Positions 39,149-53,127 of a stretch of 64,000 nucleotides of DNA are shown here, piece by piece. Source of the DNA: Utricularia gibba. Taxonomy: Eukaryota; Plantae; Magnoliophyta. The stretch covers positions 2,418,001 to 2,482,000 of the forward strand of contig CM007989.1 in NCBI GenBank assembly GCA_002189035.1. Reading direction: 5' to 3'. Position 1 is the stretch's first letter. Every line of letters starts with the position of its first letter. Below the pieces are notes generated by a model that was given only the letters and a program-made list of their open reading frames with translations, searched no databases and was not told the origin of the DNA. Both the position numbers and the translations under genes were made by a program.

Positions 39149-40684
39149 CTACCTGAAGCTCCTCTCAAAGGTAGGAGTCCTGAAACCACTGGTTGCCTCG
39201 GCGGCCGCCGGGTAGCTGACAGAAATCGGCATCAGGCATAGGCCTCGAGCTCTTAGTGCTTGTTCTGCTGCTTCATGAGTGCTCTGCATATCTTTGCAAG
39301 GTTGAGGGTTCGATGGCAAAGATGGCAATAGCTTATAAGATTAGAAGCTGATGAGTTCTTGCACCTGGTGGTGCTGATCTGAAGATGCTTCGCTTCTGAA
39401 GTAGGGTGCACTCAGTGCCTGAAATTCGAGCAACCATGGAGCATTTCATATGAATTTGGAAGTAAATCAGTACGTACTTTTACTTGGGCGTGGAGGAACT
39501 TGATGTACTCGATTGCTTCATGGAGGACTGAAGCGGTGTCTGTCTGGAAGAGACCAAATTTTTGGAGTAGATGCAATGAAGTAGAAGCGATCGAAATCAG
39601 AGAAACCGAACCTTTCCAAAAGGTGAAACGAGCTGCTGTAGTGCGGTTACTCGATCACCAAGCTTCGCTTTTCTAACCTGCTTGAACCCAATATGAAGCA
39701 TATGTTACTTTACTCCTTGCAAGAAAATGAGCCCTTCCATGTTTCTGACCTTAAAAGTTGGTAATGGTGAGGGTGTTTCGATTCTTGGGCGCTTCGCCGG
39801 AGCTTCGTTGCCGGAGTTCTTATTGGGTGGCGGAGCTGCTTCACCATGCGTCTGATATGTACAAGGATTTGTATTAGGTCAAGGTAAGAAAACCTAAAAT
39901 CTGGCCGGGAAGAAATATATAAAAGAACACAGAAGTTGAGAAAATCTGCCTGTGAATTGAACTTGGTGTTGATAGATCTTCTGGTGCATTCGTGAAGGAA
40001 CTGGGGTTGCTCTGAAGAGACTAACATGGCCGGGAAATCGACGAACCGCAGAGGATTTTCCGGTAGGCCGGTAGAATGGATGAAACCCAAGTTCCCCAAA
40101 GACGCATCTTGATTCATCATGTAACTTGGATCTCCATCGAGCAAGTTTCCCAACAAGGCATATGGAGATGAGCTGTGTGTGCAAGGGAATTTAGGATTGG
40201 TTTGTTCTAATCCTGAATAATCTGGGCAGGCAGTTTTGGTAGTCGGATCCGCATAGACAGTCGCCATTGTTGTTGACAAGACTATCTCCGATTTCATGGC
40301 GGAATCTTCCATGGTTGCAGCAGTAGAGGTTCCACCTCCATGGCTGCTCTTGCATGATGAACGACTGAATAGAGAAGAAGGTGGGGAAAACATAGTTTTC
40401 AAGATGGTTCCTTTTGCACATGATTACAAAGGAACACACCCAAAAAGAAACCCATTTTTTCTGAAAAGTCATTTGAACCATTAGGGACACGATCATCAAG
40501 TGGGGTCAAGAGTTTGCAACACAACACCAAGAAACAAACAAGACCAAGAAAAGATAACTCACACCAAATCTTGATCCCAACGCGTATCACAAAATGGTCT
40601 GGACGACGGCTTGTCGCCGAAAGAACACGGCGATGGGCGGCCGGAGAAAAAGAGTGCCCTACCAGCTTCGAGTTCTTCAGCCAT
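39149..40684 (-). CDS. bHLH transcription factor (bHLH110/112/123-like)
   Basis: VRKAKLGDRVTALQQLVSPFGK / TDTASVLHEAIEYIKFLHAQ / ALSAPY ... LRARGLCLMPIS...TPTFERSFR*; start MAEELEAG at 40684; exon 2 begins at 40364. Confidence 0.87.
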
Positions 40685-43089
40685 GAATGACCTTGAGGCT
40701 CGTATTTGTGCTCTTCTCAGTTTCTCTTCCTTTGAGTCTTGTTCCGAACTCTTCTCAGATGGCCCCGAAGGGAGATTTTTCCATGGATGACTGTGTTCTG
40801 TACACGTATATAAAATCAAACAAGACACACAAAAGCATTAGCTTCGGATCCCTTTCTCTCTCAAAAATTTCAGCAGCGACCATTCTGCTACTTGCATTTT
40901 AAAAGTATGCACAAATCCAGAACAGCTTTTTTGGCATCTTTCGACGAATTCACATCCATTACATGCATTGCAGAATAAAAAGTATTAACAGAGAATCTCT
41001 GGGCTTCTTCCCTCCGGTTTCCGGAGCACATTCTTGCTGTCCTCCAGGTCTCTAAGACAGTAGAACGCAACGCTTCTCTGTAAAGAATTAGTTATGGTAA
41101 GAATTTCTCGTTAGGGTTGCCCTGGACAGCAGCAAGCAAATTATGACAACTTCAGCAAGAATCACTTGAAGCCGGTCAATGTCTTCCAATAAAGCCATCC
41201 AAGAACAGCCAAGGAATGATAATATTTCATATTGGTTGATTAATTTTTTTAATTATATATGATATCTTTTTATAAAAAAACATAAAATCATGAATATTAA
41301 ATATTAATACATTTTTTCAACATGTGGCTTACGAACAAATCTTTTTATCGACTTTTTTCCGTCCATAATTTCTAGAAATTCTCGTATTCTCAAAATCTAT
41401 ATCATATCTAATATGCTTCATTTGCATTATCTCGTATCAATAGTTTTTTTTTCATCGAAAACTTCGAATATCATCTTATCTGCTAACAAAATAATAATGG
41501 TAACAAAAACCCTGTAAGAATTTTTGTAACCTGGACGAATGGAGCTCGCCAAAATAAAGCATGCTGCAAGTTAGTTGGATATATTCAACAAGTAAGATTA
41601 TTAGACACACAACGAGGAGGAGGCACGCCGGGAACGACTTGGACAACTCGGTCGGAATTTTTGTCCTTTTAAATAATAATATCATAGTGGCTGTTTTTTG
41701 TTCTCATTTTGTACGAGTTTTTTTTTTTGAAAAGAAAACATAAAATCGTAATAATATTCTAATCGTGTTGATTGGAGAAGCAGAACTGACTATTTTACCC
41801 TTTTGCAGTAATGCAGGCTCGTGACCATATAAAGCCCAAAATAGATATTTCACGACCCACGTACAATTAGAAGCCTATGACCTGAAGCCCAAAAGAGCTT
41901 TTTTTGTTTCTCGAACGTTATTATTACAACCTCTTTAAGCATCGAAATTGTGTTTTTGGTTTCAGGAGACACGTAATCGAATGAAGAAGCCTCAAACATG
42001 AGAAAAAACCAAACAAGAGGCTGGAGAGATTGTTTTGCAAAGAAAAATAAAAAAAAAGTAGCTCACTTGTACTTTCATCACCGTATAGGAAGTATTACAG
42101 ATGGCAGTGGATGAAGAACGAGTTGCGAATCGAAGACCGGACGAGCTGCTGCGCTGCTCATCTTAGTGTGTGATAGCAGAGCAGCTGCTGACAAATCAAA
42201 CAACAGCAGGGAATGAAAATGGATTAGCTGTACTAACAACTGCTTTCGTATGATGGTTCTGCAGAGATACGGCCATGAACACCAGGAAGTGTGTGAGTGG
42301 GGTTTGGAATTCGATGACTGCATCTCCAACATAGTTCTCTCGTACACGCCTGTAGTTCCATAGCATCTCATGCCAAAAGGTAATTGGAGAAGAGCACGGG
42401 ACACGCGCAAAGAGAACCATGATCTTCTTTTTAACTGTAAATAGGAACAATCAAGATTCTACGCAAGGAGCCCACATGGAAAACAACTGACCCATGAAGA
42501 AATTTCAAATCTTTTCGACGCTGGGTGAATGAAGATCTAGAAAGAACCCAGCTTCGCTATACGGGTGTTGGAGGAGACGAGAGGAGAGCAGAAGGTAGAG
42601 AGCGTACCTCAAGTTGGAGCAGACATTAAGGAGGGAGGGAGGAGAACTCCAAGCCCAGAAAATTTAATGACAAACGGAGCTGATTTATTTATTTGTCTTC
42701 TGAAGAAACGCGGCTTTGAACAACGGGGAGGGATCGGGAAGAGCGTCTCGCAGAGGCGCAGGCCTGAACCTGAGCTTGCGTGTGGGGAGGCGCCAATACA
42801 CCCCATCGCATGGCATGGCATGCTCCACTTTTCCTCCTTAAAAAGCAATTTTGTGTCATTTTTCTGAAAATAGGAGATGGCTTTTTCCCTTTTTCTTCTG
42901 TGATTTTCTACGTGACAACAAGGATTCAGCTAACACCAACCAAATTGGTTCAACTTCCAACTGTTTTCAAATTTTGGGATGCCAATCTTTCTAAATGATG
43001 CCTGGGGCTATGTATTCCATTCCCTCAAGCTGTCACTGTGTACAATCCAACAGTTTTTCTACATTTTTTTTGGAGCCGAAAGGGACAGA

Positions 43090-45675
43090 TCATCTCCACC
43101 AGGGGGATCCGGCCTCATAACTGTGTTCTCCGTCCTCGTCGTGCCACGAAATGTGGCAAGCTTGGAGGCCAATGCCGGCCGTGGGTTCCTTTCCATGATG
43201 CTTGATCCATTCTTCTATAGCGGCGGTCTTTGCTGCGTCATCGTTGTCGTAGTCTTTCTTGTTCCTCCCGAATGGGTTCAGACCGGGGTTCTCCGATTCG
43301 GCCATTGCTGCCGGCATGTATGTTGAGTCACCGACAAGAGGGGCGCCACAGGCAGCAAGCTGTGCTCGGATCTGCGTGCATCACATGTTGAAAGTGGTTC
43401 ATCTGTGGTTATCATGATGGTGCTAGTTCCGTATGTGATTGAGTACCTGATGGGTGCGGCCGGTTAAGAGGCTGATCCTGCACTCATAAGCATAATCCTT
43501 TGTAGGCCATCCGCAGTCCTGGATGCCATGCGCTTCTTCGGCGAGTGTAGAAGGCCAGTGAACCTTTCTGCATTCGATGACTTCAAGTTGGCAGAGAAGC
43601 CATCCTTTCACGAAATCTGCTAACCATATAGGTTTGGTTGGAACTACTCCCTTACTCAAGTGAACTCACCAGATTATTTGTATGAATCTTGAGGGGAAAC
43701 AAGATATCGAACTAATCAAGTGCCACCAAGATGAAACCGTTCTGGAAACTACGACTTGCTTACCAGGTGAAATGAGCCGTGGTGCAAGGTTAACAGGGCG
43801 CATGTAGTGTGTCATTAACCCCAAGGGTGGGGGTGCAGCAGCAAGGGCAAGATAAAGCTTTTTAACCTGCTTTTCCTGTGCATTAAAAGTCGTTTGTTAG
43901 ATAACGCATTTGAACTATACATCATCACATGCATGTACAGTCCATGCTTACCCGTATTTTTTCATGAAAGATTGAGCAATATTCCTTGTTTCTAGCTAAT
44001 ATGACACTGCAAATCGATAAAAGAAAGTTTGTGAAACTTTATGATTGATGCGTGTCTCACACAAAAACTTGACTCACCAGCCTTCCGTACAGTTATCAAT
44101 CTGGTGTGTCGTCTTCAGAGGGGCATCCAATTCCAGTGCACGAGAAGCAAAAGTAGCACAGGTTTCCTCAATATTGTCGGTGGTTCCTCCAACCTTAACA
44201 AAGTAAACACAAAAAAAAGCTCGTCAGAAAACGAAGTTAAGAAAATTTTGGTGGATACAAGGGTTGATTCAGCGCACAGAATACTTATAAAGCTTCCAAA
44301 AAATCCGAATAACAATCTAAGGCTTCCAAAAAATCTCAAGTATGCATATAAAATGACAAAAAGTTACTACCGTGTACCTTAACAAATAAAAATAAGAACT
44401 CATTACCATATCCAAAGTATTTAGTAAGCTACAGTATGATAGTTATAAATGTTGAGTATGAGTGACATACAGATGTGCCCGCAGGCTTATCTAAGACAAC
44501 ATAATTTGCAGTCACTGCAACAATTCTCGATTTCCAATCAATCTCATAGCATCTGAAGAAAAGATGATAATACCACTGATTTGAAATACAAAACTGAAAT
44601 GAGTCATGAAAAATATTCAAAAAAAGAAAACCTTGGAAAGCGTTTCGGGTGAACATGCACCCTTAAGTAAGTTCCAGCTTCAACGAAATCATCAGGAGAA
44701 GTCACGCGAAATGTTTTTTGTGCTTCTCGTATAGTTTTTCCTTTAAGAGATGATCTTTTTGTTAGAAGAGATGGATTAGTATATTTCTTGAAAGCTTCCA
44801 TTTGCTCAGGTGTGGCCGTTGGAGGAGGCTCTGGGCATACAAGTGCATAGAATACAGCTCCAAAGTGAATGAGGTCTGCAACAAAGCTTTGAAGAGAGGA
44901 AAGTATCAAGTTGGTACTCTCCCAATTCCGCATTTGAAAAGCTACAAAGACTTTAGAATGTATAATGAAACATACAACTTACAGAGGGGAGATGTTCAAT
45001 GTTTGACTGATAAAATCAAGAACAGTCCCTCCTTCTGAGACAACTAAATGTTCTACTCTCGGTGGACCATTCTCGGGCGGGCAAGGAAGCAACCGGCCAT
45101 ATGGAGGATAACTTTCGATATGAAAACATGAGCATTTCGATAGATATTGAAAAAAAAAAAGATAAAAGCTTCCATGCACAGAAATCATAACCCTGAGCTG
45201 GGCTGGTGTCAATGAAAGCTATGTGAAACGCAATATCTTGAAAGGAACATGAGCTAAATTTTCACTTGGTGAGTAAAGCCTTGCTACTAGCCATCATTTC
45301 GATCAAAGCATGATTTACAATTAACAGAGCATAAGTTAGTCCAGATAATTATGAATTTCATCCCACAACAAAAGTCATACCTAAACAAGCAAAATCCACA
45401 ATACAAGGAAGAAAATGTTGATACCTGTTAACAGAACAAGAAACTAATCCTATATCGGAAGACAAAGTGGATAGGCAACAAGCGCCTCTGTTCAAGACAT
45501 TGAATTTAGAGCGCCGACGAGCACTCGTGTACCATGTGCCCGTGGAGCATAATGCGCCGGAGCGGTTGATAGGAGGTGAGAAGCTACGGCAGCAATTCGA
45601 GGCGAAGCAAATCAACGATACAATGCGTCCGGAAGGCAATGTAACGACCGGCGCGGTCATCTCCGCCGGTGGCAT
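43090..45675 (-). CDS. RluA-family RNA pseudouridine synthase 6-like, plastid-targeted, multi-exon
   Basis: VEHLVVSEGG, VADLIHFGAVFYALVCP, TYLRVHVHPKRFP, YVVLDKPAGTS, ISLLTGRTHQ, GLQACHISW...YEAGSPWWR*. Confidence 0.88.
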
Positions 45676-46061
45676 CTAAAGAGAGCGGTGTTTGCAGTAT
45701 CTCCCAGTCAGATAACCAAGAGAGGAGCCCATTGGACTCTCCAGAACGATCAAGCAGCCCGACCCAAAGGCGTGGGCCTTTTGTGGTTTCCAACTTTAGT
45801 GGGTCATTTTGTAGTTTCCAACTTTTTAGAGGGCATAAATGCAAATATTCATGTACTTTTTATTTCAAACGGAAGCGCTTCCCTTGAACTTCTGTACATT
45901 TCCTTGTTGAAATGCAGATGTGAAGTTTGCAGAAGAACAAAAGTGAGATCTCTATATTATACATCCTATAGAACCTGATCTACCAGTTAAAAAAGTATAG
46001 AGAATCTCTAGGATTGTGCAAAAAATTAGCATCTTCAAGTTGAAACCTGGCTTCCCCATGT

Positions 46062-47558
46062 CTATTGATCTGTTGTTTCTGGTTCAGACAAGTCCTCATC
46101 TGTCATGATGGTTAGAAATTCAAGCGCCGTCACAATGTCTGCAATAAGAGGGCGGGTACTCGGCTCATCCTGTAGGCATGTTGCTGCTATGCCAAGAGCT
46201 TGATGAAGGCTTTTCACTGGATAACTTCCTTGCAGCAATGGATCCACCATTGATGTGAAGTTCCTCCTGTCCTTGAAAAGCGGTTGTGCCTGCAAAAGTT
46301 TTGGACTTTCATCATCTATGCGAAAATACAAAATCAGGCAGGGGTTGAACTGCTTTGCTGAATAAGATCATTGAGATGCATTTACCCAAGAAACGAGATT
46401 CTCCTCTTCAAGAGGCTTGGTGTTGTCGACCACTCTTCTTCCGGTGATAATCTGTAGGAGCACGACTCCGAAGCTGTAGACATCAGAGCTTGCTGTCAGT
46501 TGGCCGGTCTGAGCATACTCCGGTGCACAATAGCCATACATTCCCATCAACCTAGTTTCCTCATGGCCTACAAGTCCCGTCTTGGTTTGTCCGAATCCGC
46601 ACAGCTTAGGATTGAATTCATCGTCCAACAAAATGTTTGCTAGTTTCAAGTCCTGGAAAATGACTTGAGGGTTGACAGAATCGTGCAAGTACTCGAGCCC
46701 TTTAGCTGCCCCGGATGCTATTTTCATCCTGGTTTGCCAATCCAGGGGCGTTTTCTCTGGGGACAAGTCTTGAACACACGAAAAACCCGAGCTTCAATAT
46801 GAAGATATTTACATATATGTAAACTACATTGATAAACACTTACCAACTAAGTGATCCTCCAAGGATCCATTGCACATGTATTCAAACACAAGGATTCTCT
46901 GTTGGCCATCCGTGCAGTATCCAACCAAATTGACAAGATTCGGATGATGAATCGAACTCAATGTAACAATCTCAGAAAGGAAATCTTTGTTTCCCGCTGC
47001 CCCATTTCTGTCAAGCTGCTTCACAGCCACTGTCTGAATCCAAAACGAATGAAATGAGCAATTTACACCATGAAATGCTAACCAATTCATCGATCACCAA
47101 GAAAAAGAATTCACTTGATTTGTTCTCCGGATGATTCCCTTGTAAACTTTCGCAAATCCCCCCTCTCCCACAAAAAGTTCAGAACTGAAATTATCCGTCG
47201 CAACCGCCAACTCCCGAAAGGTAAAAACTTGCGCAGAAGGTGTCAAGGATCTATGCCTTAGCACATTTTCCGCAATTAACCGCTGCTTCCCCCGCCTAAA
47301 TAACATCAGCACATCCTCAAATTGACCCACAAACAAACGAACCCCAAAATCAGAACAAGAATGACGATTCTTACAAGTGTTCAACGAAATGCTTCTAGCG
47401 ATAGTCGATGATGCATCGGAATGATCATATTTGTTTGCGGGGGTGGTTCCAAAGATAGAACTCCGGGAAGATTTCAGCATTGTCTTTTTCATTGTCCCCG
47501 TTCTCCTCATCCTGCAACACGTCACCGGAGCTTGCAATGCCTGTTTGAGGATTGACAA
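46062..47558 (-). CDS. RLCK-VII (PBL-like) cytoplasmic kinase, probable pseudokinase
   Basis: [65 protein letters not shown]; start codon uncertain. Confidence 0.85.
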
Positions 47559-47671
47559 AGATCATCAACCTCCTGATTTCCATAGAAAAAAAACAAGAGG
47601 AAGAATGGATGGTCTGATTTGGGGAACAAGCAATGACCGTTAATATTATTAATATAAAGTTTCTTGTTTTA

Positions 47672-47940
47672 TTAATTTTTTGAATTGATTCTGTGTAATA
47701 TTAAAAATTATAATATTTTATATTTTATATTAAAATTAGAAATTTAGATTTTATAGTTAATTTTAAAAATTATTGAATTTATGTTTTAAAAATTAAATAA
47801 TAAATTGATTAGAGAAATTATATTATTTATTTTTTATATATTCTAAAAATACGATTATATTATAATATTAAATTACATAATAATTTATATATTAATATTT
47901 ATAATATATATTTTATTTTATAAATTTTTAATCTAATTTA
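47672..47940. repeat. AT-rich dispersed repeat related to the interior of the MITE at 4232-4519
   Basis: aatttagattttatagttaattttaaaaattattgaatttat (about 47741) versus aatttagattctgtaattaattttaaaaattattgaacttat (about 4320); shared aattttttgaatt..ttctgt start; no TIRs recognised. Confidence 0.6.
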
Positions 47941-48401
47941 ATGTTATCTCATAAAACAGCTTTACGATCTAAAACTTATTTTATTCACATAATTTCAAAA
48001 TTATTCTATCTTACATGATCTAAAGAACAACTTCAAATTGCAAAATAAATATTATATATTCGTTGCTAATTAATTAATTTATTTTTTATTGTGGAATTTT
48101 CATCCTCTGTATTTTGGGTCTTCTTAGTCCCGTCCGGCTGGCTTATGAAGCAACCACGTTGTTGCTAGGCACTCGTTCCGGTCATGGAGCAGATCCGGTG
48201 TCCGTCTCTAGGGACAGGGGCCAACTAATCAAAGCTCACACAATCCCGATCCCACACGTCACTCTCTCTATCGAGTTTCTTCAATTGGCGATCTCTTGGG
48301 ATTTGGGAATCCAGGATCCTATTGGGTTTCTTCTGTTCACCATCAGCTAATCAATTTTGACTTGGATTGTTCTGTGGTTGTGGAGGGCGTTCAGCAGAAA
48401 A

Positions 48402-50665
48402 ATGCCAAGGACGCAATTTATCTTTCTTCCGGCGGCCACCGGAGTCGCTGGGCTGTGGGACGAGATCAATGATTCCGTTGAGTGGCAAGACGGCATATTT
48501 TTCACTCTCTGCGGTGTTTATGCTCTGGTTTCCGCCGTTGCTCTGGTGGGTATTGATTCTCTTGGTTTGGTGACGGTCTACTGGATTTGGTTTCTTTTTT
48601 TATCAGAATTCTTCTAGCTAGGGCTGGGTTTGTGGTTTGGTGTCCTTGAATCTTTTCAAAGAATTTTATTTTTTTTTGTCGTTAGCTGATGAGCATAGGT
48701 TCGCTCATAATGTTGTAACTCTGATTTTTTTTTTTTTTTTTGTAATGTTTGATAGCTGAAAGAGAACGATTTGCTTTTGGGTTCATGACATGATTGTGTT
48801 TTGCCGCTTTTTATCTTAAAAAAACGCTCACTTTTTGCATTTTTTCGAAAATGAAGCTCGTTTGGTGCTCTTACTAGATCAATCTCCTTCTTTGTGCATT
48901 ATGCTCATGATGCGTTTGCTTGCAGTTTCAATACATACGGATTGAGCTCAGGGTCCCTGAATATGGTTGGACCACTCAAAAGGTTTTCCATATTATGAAT
49001 TTCATTGTGAATGGATGTAAGAGAATGTCTCTGAATCTTTTCATCATGTTTTGCGTACTTGCATCGTCTTTATGAAAATTTATTGAATTGCAGTGCGGGC
49101 AGTTGTATTTGGATTTCACAAGCAAGTGTTTCTTTTTCATCCCAAGGTTAGGCTTCCTTAACCTTGTTTCACTTTGCAATGCTTTTAAGTTTAGCTCCAA
49201 TTTTGAACCATGCTTTTCGAAATAACACTACCTTCTCCATTTGGTGCGATATGGGATCCTGTTTTGACATTCTGCCAATTTACCGTACGTTTCAATATTA
49301 CTTTATTTTTCTAATAACAGGTCCTTGCTTTTGTACTGTTGGAACTTCCTGGATTGCTGTTCTTTTCTACATACACGCTTCTTGTACTTTTCTGGGCGGA
49401 GATATATCATCAGGTAAGTGGGCGGTTACAAATTTGAATTGAAAATGCTGGTGTTATCATGTAACTGGTATCCTCCTTTTCCAACAGGCTAGAAGTTTAC
49501 CAACAGATAAACTAAGGCTCTCTTATGTTTCTATCAATGCAGTGATTTACGTCATACAGGTTGGATATGATTTTACATTTATTAAAATAGTCATTGTGTC
49601 TACCTATAACTTTTATAATTATAATAATGTTGTCGCATCAGGTGTGTATCTGGATATACCTTTGGATAGATGATAACCCTGTTGCAGAATTCATTGGAAA
49701 GATATTCATTGCCGGTTAGTTGAGTTCTTTGTTGGTTTCTTTTTTCCTTTATGCTAAGGGAAAGGAAGGCTTCTAATCATTTTCAAAATAATATTCAGTG
49801 GTATCCTTCATAGCCGCACTTGGGTTTTTGCTTTATGGTGGAAGGTAAACCAATAGTTGTTCATTAATTTCTCCTATTCCCTTCTATTCCTTCTTCTCCT
49901 CGTCCATTTAAACGTCTGTTTCATTGTAGATTATTTTTCATGCTAAGAAGATTCCCTATAGAGTCCAAAGGGAGAAGAAAGAAGCTGCACGAGGTTTTTT
50001 TTCCCCCTTATGATGTCTGATAATATTCAGCACTCTTCAGTAATGATTTCAACTGTCTGGCTATAAGTTTCCCTTTTGGATGAAGTTATCACTTTCCACA
50101 ACGTGGTGCAATTATCTTAAGTCTTGAGTAGTTCATGCATGGATTCCTATTGACACCATTTTTTCAGTAGCTTTTTGGGTATCTCTTGAGATAATCTTAC
50201 CTTTTTTTGCAGGTCGGATCTGTAACAGCGATATGCTTCACTTGTTTTCTCATAAGATGCTTTGTGGTAAGTCAGATGTTCCATCTGCTCTACATATATT
50301 GTATTGCTTCCCAGTAATGATAACAGCACCAGACTGATAAAGACGAAGGGGCAGTTTTGCACCCATTTTTCTCCTCATGCTGACTTCCAGAGGTGTTTTG
50401 GGTGCAGGTTGTGCTCTCAGCATTCGATTTAGATGCATCTCTCGACGTTCTTGACCACCCCGTCTTGAACTTGATCTACTACACGGTATGTATGCATTCT
50501 TTCTTCCACCCCCTCCCCAGTATTCTCTGCTACACAGTTTGCTCAAGCTACTGATCTCATTTCGTGACACAGCTGGTTGAGGTTCTTCCGTCGGCCCTCG
50601 TCTTGTTCATCTTACGGAAGCTGCCGGCGAAAAGGGTCTCCGCCCAGTACCACCCCATCCGATAA
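48402..50665 (+). CDS. TOM1: Tobamovirus multiplication protein 1 (multi-pass membrane protein, DUF1084)
   Basis: [97 protein letters not shown]. Confidence 0.93.
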
Positions 50666-51095
50666 TCGACGCCGGAGGGAGGGCCGTGGCTTCTTGTTGA
50701 GTAGCAGAACTTGGAAGAGCAAGCCTGATAAATGATGTATTAAGAAGTTATCAGGCTTGTGTTGTTTGCCTGGTTGGTTTCTTTTGCGTGGTAGCCTTCT
50801 GTGATGCTGATGCTTGTTACTGCAAGGGTATACCGGAAGTGGTGCCTTCAGTCTCTTTAAATATTTTGTTGATGATTATTCAAGTATAAGATGTGAAAAA
50901 TTGGTAACCAAAGTACCAAAAACTAGGTGATAAATCACATGTAAACCGAAATGGTGAATTATTTATCATGTAAACCTGAGGTGTAACCATGGACAGCTCT
51001 CATCTGTCGCCTCCACGGTGTGGCGTTGGACACTTTCCGGGGGGCCGGCGGCGGCCATGCACCAACCATGCTGCAGTGGAGAGAACTCCTCTGCG

Positions 51096-52828
51096 CTACT
51101 GAACGCCGCTCCATCTGGCCCAGTCTACAAACTGCATTCCGCCGTAGATGCTGTTGGCGTATCGAATAGCATATGTGAACGCCTTGGCGACGTCTGGGGT
51201 GCGCCTGACAACCGCCGAGGCGCTCACCAGTCCTTCCAAACCATTTATGATCTGGTAGCGGGTGTTTGAGGACACAGCAAGAAAAGCACCTGAAGACAGT
51301 TGCAAGCTTAGGCAAGTGTGGTCTGAGGTTGATGTATGCAGTCAAATTTGAATCAGTAAAGAGAAGATACCCCAGAGCAATGCGCTTTTGAACAAGGGAG
51401 GTACAGGAACATCGTCTTCTGACTTTCTGGAGCCCCTTCAAGAGAGAGGGAACAATGTTAGATACGCGAGACTGGGCTCTCTTGAATGCAGGGTAAGAAG
51501 AGTTTGCCCTGAAAGAAAAAGAAAGACTAAATTCCATGAACACGATTGCTAACCGTTTGGCATTCATGATCATGTTTGCAATGCTTTGGCCGATAATACC
51601 AAAGCCAAATCCCACAGCGCCGTATAATGTGCCCTGGGGATCAAGATCAGGTGTCAACAGTTATGAAAAATGAAGGACGATATGAACATATTGGTACTCG
51701 TACCATGTAGAAATAAGAGGCTATTCTCTGCTGCAATGAAAATGAAATTCCTGGTTTGTCAGCTTCAAAAACACTGCATCCTCGCGTGGTTAAAATATAA
51801 AGCTACATGTCAGAATAGGAGATCATAGAGCATGCATTTACACATTGAAAAGAGCTGATAGAGAGTGTAAATGGAAGCTTGACCTGCTCGGAAGAGAACC
51901 GCAGGTATGGAGTAGTTGACCGATAAAACCACTAGGGGGTGATTGCTTCCCTATACGAGCATAAGGAGCCAGCAGGGCAACCAAAGCAGCATCGACAACA
52001 ATGCCTACCAAGAGGTCTGCTGCATACAAATCAAACTCAGCCCAAAAATCCTTCCCTCTTTTCTGAACTTCGGCAACTGTCGCACAGAATATACCAGCGG
52101 TCACCTGCAGCATGATGGAACAGCAAATCTGACGACCCATTCACTAGATAAATCAATCATTAAAGAAAATAATTCTTCTCTCTGAAAAACAAACTGCACC
52201 TCTGTCCTAAGTTTGAACAAGAACGAAGCATCTTCAAGCATCCGGTCTCGAACCATTGAGCAATGTCTCATAAGAAATCTTACTAGCCATCCTGAACCCT
52301 GCAATATCAATGAAAAAGATGAATACCACCGGCGCAAAATCATGCATATACCTCAGAGTCATTCAACGAGTTGAAATTTTGGCCTAAAAGTCCCACCTCC
52401 AAATTCAAATAGTTCTCGAATATCGACCGCGGAAGCCCCGAGACTTTTGCTGCATCAAGCATGTCAGCTGGCAGAACCGCACCTCTAGCCTTCAACTCGC
52501 GGAATACCTCGTCGACCTTCATTATGGACGCCGCTTTCGCTTTGCCGCCGTCGCCGTCATGGTCACCCCCACCATCGCCACCCCCTCCATGAAATGGCCG
52601 GTCATTGCCTCCTCCATCTCCTCCGGCACCTTTTTCCTTCAAATGAAACTCAACCGTTTCACTGATGCATTGCAGCCGAATATCACCCCGCGGCCGTTGA
52701 TCAGTCTGTCGGTTCAACTGCGAACACATGAAATGGATACCATTCCCCAGACCACAGCTCCTGCTCGTCGACAGGTGCAAAAGCTCCGTCTTCATAGGTA
52801 CCGCACCGCCGAATACAAAAGACGACAT
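51096..52828 (-). CDS. RETICULATA/RER1-like plastid envelope protein (DUF3411)
   Basis: Gly-rich linker, RDRMLEDASFLFK, CATVAEVQKRGKDFWAEFDLYAADLLVG, SVFEADKPG, SNTRYQIINGLE, IYGGMQFVDWARWSGVQ*. Confidence 0.9.
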
Positions 52829-53127
52829 TTTCCCCAAACGCAGACGTGGACGGCGACGCCAGATATAATGGCGTCACAAGAAAAGAAAACCCTGGAAATA
52901 CGATGTTCTTTCTCAGAGTTTACGTGAATGACATTTTAGTAGGTCACCAGACCGTCAATAACCATCAGTTATTCAGCTCGGGCCAGCCAAGCTTATTGGG
53001 CTTTGCTCACTGACGTAACTATTTTAGAATGGTATCCGTACCATGCTGACAAGCACTGCCAGAAAATTTGTCACCTGATAGAGAGAGAGAGAGGCCCACG
53101 GCGCACATTCGCAATCTAAGAGTCAAC

